NCBI GenBank assembly: GCA_964016885.1
Contig: OZ024754.1
Coordinates: 2,232,001-2,296,000 of the forward strand
DNA length: 64,000 nucleotides
DNA from: Eledone cirrhosa
Taxonomy: Eukaryota
Reading direction: 5' to 3'
In this document: positions 59,005 through 64,000 of the stretch, one piece after another
Position numbering within the stretch: the first letter of the stretch is position 1
Layout: each line of letters starts with the position of its first letter
The notes under the pieces: generated by a model
Told to the model about the DNA's origin: nothing
Database searches by the model: none
What the model saw: only the letters and a program-made list of their open reading frames with translations
Made by a program: the position numbers and the translations under genes

Positions 59005-59254
59005 ATGTATATATATATATATATATTTATTCGTATGTGTGTATGTACATTCGTATGTGTGTATGTATATAAATTTACTTGGTGAGGAGGGTGATTTTGG
59101 ACACCCTGCAGGACAAAAAATAAAACCTGACAAAGGGCGGAAGAACTCATAAGGGTCAACGACCATCGAAAAGTGTGTAAATATGTATATACACATGTAA
59201 ATGTGTGTGTATATGTGTATGTGCATGGGTGCATGGGTGCATGTGTATGTATAT

Positions 59255-59520
59255 GCGCGGGGACATAGAAATAGTCGGGCTGGACACCCGATCGCGCGGT
59301 TAAACCACTGGGAGTGAAGGACCCCTAGCCTTTCTCAGGTCATTCTTCTAGGAGAAGGCAACTCAGGAAACTGGGACAACTCCGATATAAAACCTGCAGC
59401 TCAGTAGTTTCCGATTATGTTGATCTCTTCTTCTTTTCGGGTTATAGCTACTGTCGCTCAGAGAGTGGGATTGGCTCAGTGCAGTCTTTATTCTCTTTAA
59501 AAAAATCTTCACACACAGGC
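59255..59520 (+). mobile_element. GC-rich island resembling an RTE 5' UTR
   Basis: CTTCTAGGAGAAGGCAACTC...ATAAAACC resembles a motif I recall from RTE 5' regions. This is recall only and was not aligned. Confidence 0.35.
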
Positions 59521-60575
59521 ATTGCACGATAGAATTAATTAATTATTATTAATAATGGTATATCGTGCAATGGCCATACTTGATAACGAGGGGGCAGCCA
59601 TCATAATCATGTATATATGTATGTATGAATATATGTATATATTTATGTGTGTATGTGTCTGTGTGTGTATGATTGTGTACGTTTGTGTATCACCATGTAA
59701 GACGGATTAATCTCTAGCTTTGGTCATAAGCAGTTCAGTCCATTAGCTCGAAGTTGGATAGTTCGATCAATTATTAGAGTTGCCGGAGATTACATTATCA
59801 ACGAGAATAACGAAAACATTCTTCTGTTTGTTTTGTGCCTCAATTTACGGTTTCGGTTAGAGAATATATTTAGCGACCGTTGAAAAGAAAATCAGAGAAT
59901 TGATATTAGTGCTGGTTAGCGATATTGAGCGAAAATATTTATACCAACGTAAAGAAACACTAATTTGGGATATAAATAATTGCTAAACTTTCTCCCTCGC
60001 TATAACAACTATTCAGCAGAATTCTGAATATATAAACAAATATATAAAGTTTGTAACATTCACATACAGAGTTGCGCTTTTATAAAGCTTATTCTAAAAC
60101 TTTACTAAAGATCTGTCTTCAAAACAAAATAATATATAAGTAATTTCAGACGGACTTTCTCAAAATGTGAGGCGGCATGTTTGTGTTTAGAATATTCTGG
60201 AACTTATGTTTTTCAACCAGAGAAAATCGAGTTTTGCAAAAAAAAAAAAAAAAAAATAATGGTTTCTTATATAGGCACTAGGCCAGTAATTTTTGAGGAG
60301 GGGAAAATCGATTCCATTGAAACTTGGACTCATAATCAACTTTAAAGACATCTACTAAATGTAAATGCAAGAAGCATTTTCTAGAACGTTCCTTTGTGCC
60401 TGCGTATATTTCTCTGTACATATCTTTTTTCTGTGTCTGTGTATGTAAATATGTGTGTTTTGTGTTTATTGCAATAAAGAACATTTAAAAAACTCAACTA
60501 TCAGTAGTACAGATGAAAAAAAATATATATATATATATATGTATATAGCGACAAGATCCTAGACCTCGTCAAATA

Positions 60576-60755
60576 GGACCGAGGAAACAATGTTTCCATT
60601 GGTCTTTCCAATTGATAATATTATCTACCGGTTGCAAATCCAGGTACAGGAAGCAACGTGAAATTGCTCAAGGATATAACACATCGCCCTGTCCGAGAAT
60701 CGAACTCACAACCTCACAATTGCGAATCCAATTCTCTAACCACTCAGCCACGCGC
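60576..60755 (-). mobile_element. CORE-like SINE, second copy
   Basis: Colinear with 2352-2546, with A box TGGCTGAGTGG and B box GAGTTCGATTCT on the minus strand. Confidence 0.8.
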
Positions 60756-61969
60756 TTTAGTGTGCATGTTTACTCCAGGAATTTATCCGATTATATAACA
60801 CCCGAGGAAATCTCAAAAGAATAACAAAACAATCGAAATTTCTCAGACATTCCTTTCTCTTAAAAGCCATTTTCTTGAACCGAAATCATTTTGGATTCAG
60901 TTGAATATCATCAATATGTAATGATGGAAAACGGTTCCTCATAGTAAATGCTCCGGTAAATTGAAATAAAGTATGAAACGCTTCGCTATGAGTGCAGCGC
61001 CATCTGTGGTGGACACTATAAATTGTGTACAATTCATTTGGCGTGAATGTTAAACAAATCAAAACACAGTGCCATATATCATTATATTATAGAATGGTAA
61101 ATCCGTTGAGATAATAACCACCATTTTGATATCACAATCCCTTCCCAGCCTTCCCTTGCTCTATGTTCTAAATCGAAGATAAACTATCCTTAATTTTCAC
61201 CACGCACTACTGCTCGTCTTGGAGAAAATTGAAAGAAAATATTCGTTTGCAATCTCTTGTGAAATAGAAACTGTCTTTTCGGTAATTAGTTATTTCACTC
61301 AGATCTTTATTAATAATCATTTCTCACCTGCGCCATTTTCATTCTACCTCTTTTTTTCTTTTATTTTACCATTCTTTTTATTGTCTTCTCCTATTCAGGC
61401 AGAACGAGAAATCATCATTTAGTGAGAATTTATTTCTCTCCACTGAGATCTGCCAACATACGTTCTATACTAAAGTCTTATTGAATCATTACATTTGTAT
61501 ACATGCCACATAACTCCGCTCATTAAAAGGTTCATTCATACTTGTTTTTATTGTTTCGCCTCCTGGTCAGCCTGACTGAGGAAACTAATCAAAAATATTT
61601 CAGTTGGAAATAACATTTTGTCCTTCTCTATCCTATACTATTCCCGGCCATCTAGTTGGACGCCCCTTTTATATTGTTGAAGGGTTTCGGTTGCACAAGT
61701 AGTAGGAAATACAAGGCGCTATTCTATGTGTTCCCGCAGTCCTCACTCACATTCATCCAACTCAGAATATTTGTCTCATTCATCTTCTGAGTTCAATCCC
61801 GACAATATCAACCTTGATTTTTTTTATCGTCTCGATGTCGTTAAATAAAGTACCCAGTCCAATACAGGAGTAGATTCTACATATATTATCTTTCTTTCTT
61901 TCCCACGTTAGTTACCAGATCTAGAAACATGTTTAGATTTGATTATATTAGTACATTAATCAGTATACA

Positions 61970-62280
61970 CTGAGGATGAAGAACTCAGAGCTGTACGGGA
62001 GCCCCCCAAAAGTCAGCTCGAAAGTGACACAGAGGAGACTGAGGTTAGCTGGACATGCTCAACGACATCCAGAGTTGACACTGCACTCAGTGCTCCTGTG
62101 GGAGACCTTGCATGGACACACTGGAAGAGGAAGACCGAGGTTAACATATGTTGATGCCCCAAGGACAGACACTGGTCTCTTAGAGACGCAGGACATGGCA
62201 GCGATGATGAGGGACAGAGACCTCTGGAGAGAACTCGTCCATGGATCTCGGAAATGTTACTCGCCCTAGATAGATAGATA
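61970..62280 (+). mobile_element. RTE-clade LINE 3' fragment with (TAGA)n tail
   Basis: ORF 61976-62269 reads RRLRLAGHAQRH...LLWE...GRGRPRLTYVD...DRDLW. The stop codon runs directly into TAGATAGATAGA. Confidence 0.85.
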
Positions 62281-62504
62281 TCTTAGTATATTCTTTAACC
62301 AAACGTTGAGTCTTTCGTTAGCTCTTATTGTTGCTGTATATTGTTGTTATTGTTATTGGTATGGCTGTCTTCGATATTACACATTGCTGTTCTTATTGTT
62401 TTGCTTCTCTTTCACTAATGACTGATTCACCCGTGTTGTCTTGTAACAGAAACCGATAAAACAATTTAATGTGTTCGATGAAAATGACAACAATCATAAA
62501 GCAC

Positions 62505-63270
62505 ACACAAACACAATACCACACTTAAACACACCAACACGACCACACATACATACACACACATACATACACACTCATACACAACACCAAACACTTAAAA
62601 ACACCAATATGACCACAGACACACATACATACATACATACATACATACATACATACATACATACACAAACACAATACCACATTCTTAAACACACCAACAT
62701 AACCACACATACATACACACACATACACAATACCACATTCTTAAACACACCAACATAACCACACATACATGCATACACATACACAATACCACATTCTTAA
62801 ACACACCAACATAACCACACATACATGCACACACATACACAATACCACATACTTAAACACACAAACATAACCCGACATACATACACACACATACACAATA
62901 CCACATACTTAAACACGCCAGCATAACACATACATACTCACACAAACACAATACCACACACTTAAACACACAAACATAACCACACACATACATACATACA
63001 AACATATACACAACACCACACACTTAAACACACACCAACATAACCACACATACATACACACACATACACAATACCACATACTTACACAAACCAACATAAC
63101 CACACATACATACACACACATACACAATACCACATACTTAAACACACCAACATAACCACACACATACATACAAACACAACACCACACACTTAAACACACA
63201 ACAACATAACCACACATACATACACACTCATACACAATACCACATTCTTAAACACACCAACATAACCACA
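62505..63270. repeat. About 55 bp CA-rich minisatellite, roughly a dozen copies
   Basis: Recurring ACAATACCACATTCTTAAACACACCAACATAACCACAC units. Confidence 0.9.
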
Positions 63271-63749
63271 CACACACACGCACAAACACACCAACGGGAT
63301 CACATCACACCCACATCATACACCCTCCCCCCCACAGCACACACAAACAACACACACACACAAACACACCAACGGGATCACATCACACCCACATCATAAC
63401 CCCCCCCCCATACACATCATCACCCCCCCCCCCCCATCACCCCATCACCCACATCACACACACCCACCCACACAATTACACACAAGTACACACGACAAAC
63501 GGCAGGTATAGCTTGCATTATGTAAATGACACGCTTGTCATCAAATAGAGAAGACATTTGCTATGGTAGCTCTATGTAAAGACACGTTTGTCGACAAATA
63601 CGGGATGCATTTGTCAAAAAGCCATCCGTGACAAACCAGGCAAATTGTTCATTTAAAAAAGCATAATAAATGAAACACTCTTACCAAAATGTTAATGAGA
63701 AATTTTTGTTCATTATTTGATACTAGAAGTCATTCTCTTCGTCAGATGT

Positions 63750-64000
63750 CGTTGTTGTTGGTGTTGATGTTGTTGTTGGTGGTAGTGTTGTTGGTGTTGA
63801 TGTTGTTGGTGGTGGTGATGTTGTTGTTATTGGTGGCGGTGGTAGTGTTGGTAGTGTTGGTGTTGGTGGTGTTGGTGGTGTTGGTGTTGTTGGTGTTGGT
63901 GGTGTTGGTGTTTGTGGTGTTGGTGTTGTTGGTGTTGGTGTTGTTGTTGGTGGTGGTGGTGGTGTTGGTGGTGTTGGTGGTGGTGGTGGTGTTGGTGGTG
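63750..64000. repeat. (GGT/GTT)n compound microsatellite
   Basis: Direct inspection. Confidence 0.95.

Overview
AT-rich, microsatellite-saturated eukaryotic non-coding DNA (intron or intergenic). The repeat types suggest a cephalopod such as Octopus (inference). Almost every listed ORF is a translation of (TA)n, (CA)n, (GA)n or trinucleotide repeats. I found no confident host exon, only one weak candidate at about 22807-22929 (-). Real coding remnants are retrotransposon pieces: a 1.16 kb L1/Tx1-type 3' fragment, three RTE fragments and possibly decayed Tc1/mariner bits. Two tRNA-derived SINE families and several small MITEs are also present. The most striking structure is a set of short non-coding elements in or beside (TA)n tracts. 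Many are long fold-back palindromes, and several carry complete or degenerate type I hammerhead ribozyme (HHR) folds of the kind known from Penelope-like element (PLE) termini. One family (A, about 11 copies or pieces) shows a fixed boundary, a copy-specific fold-back point, and private variants shared by both arms. This suggests each palindrome is made afresh at insertion. All calls are by eye; no searches or folding programs were run.
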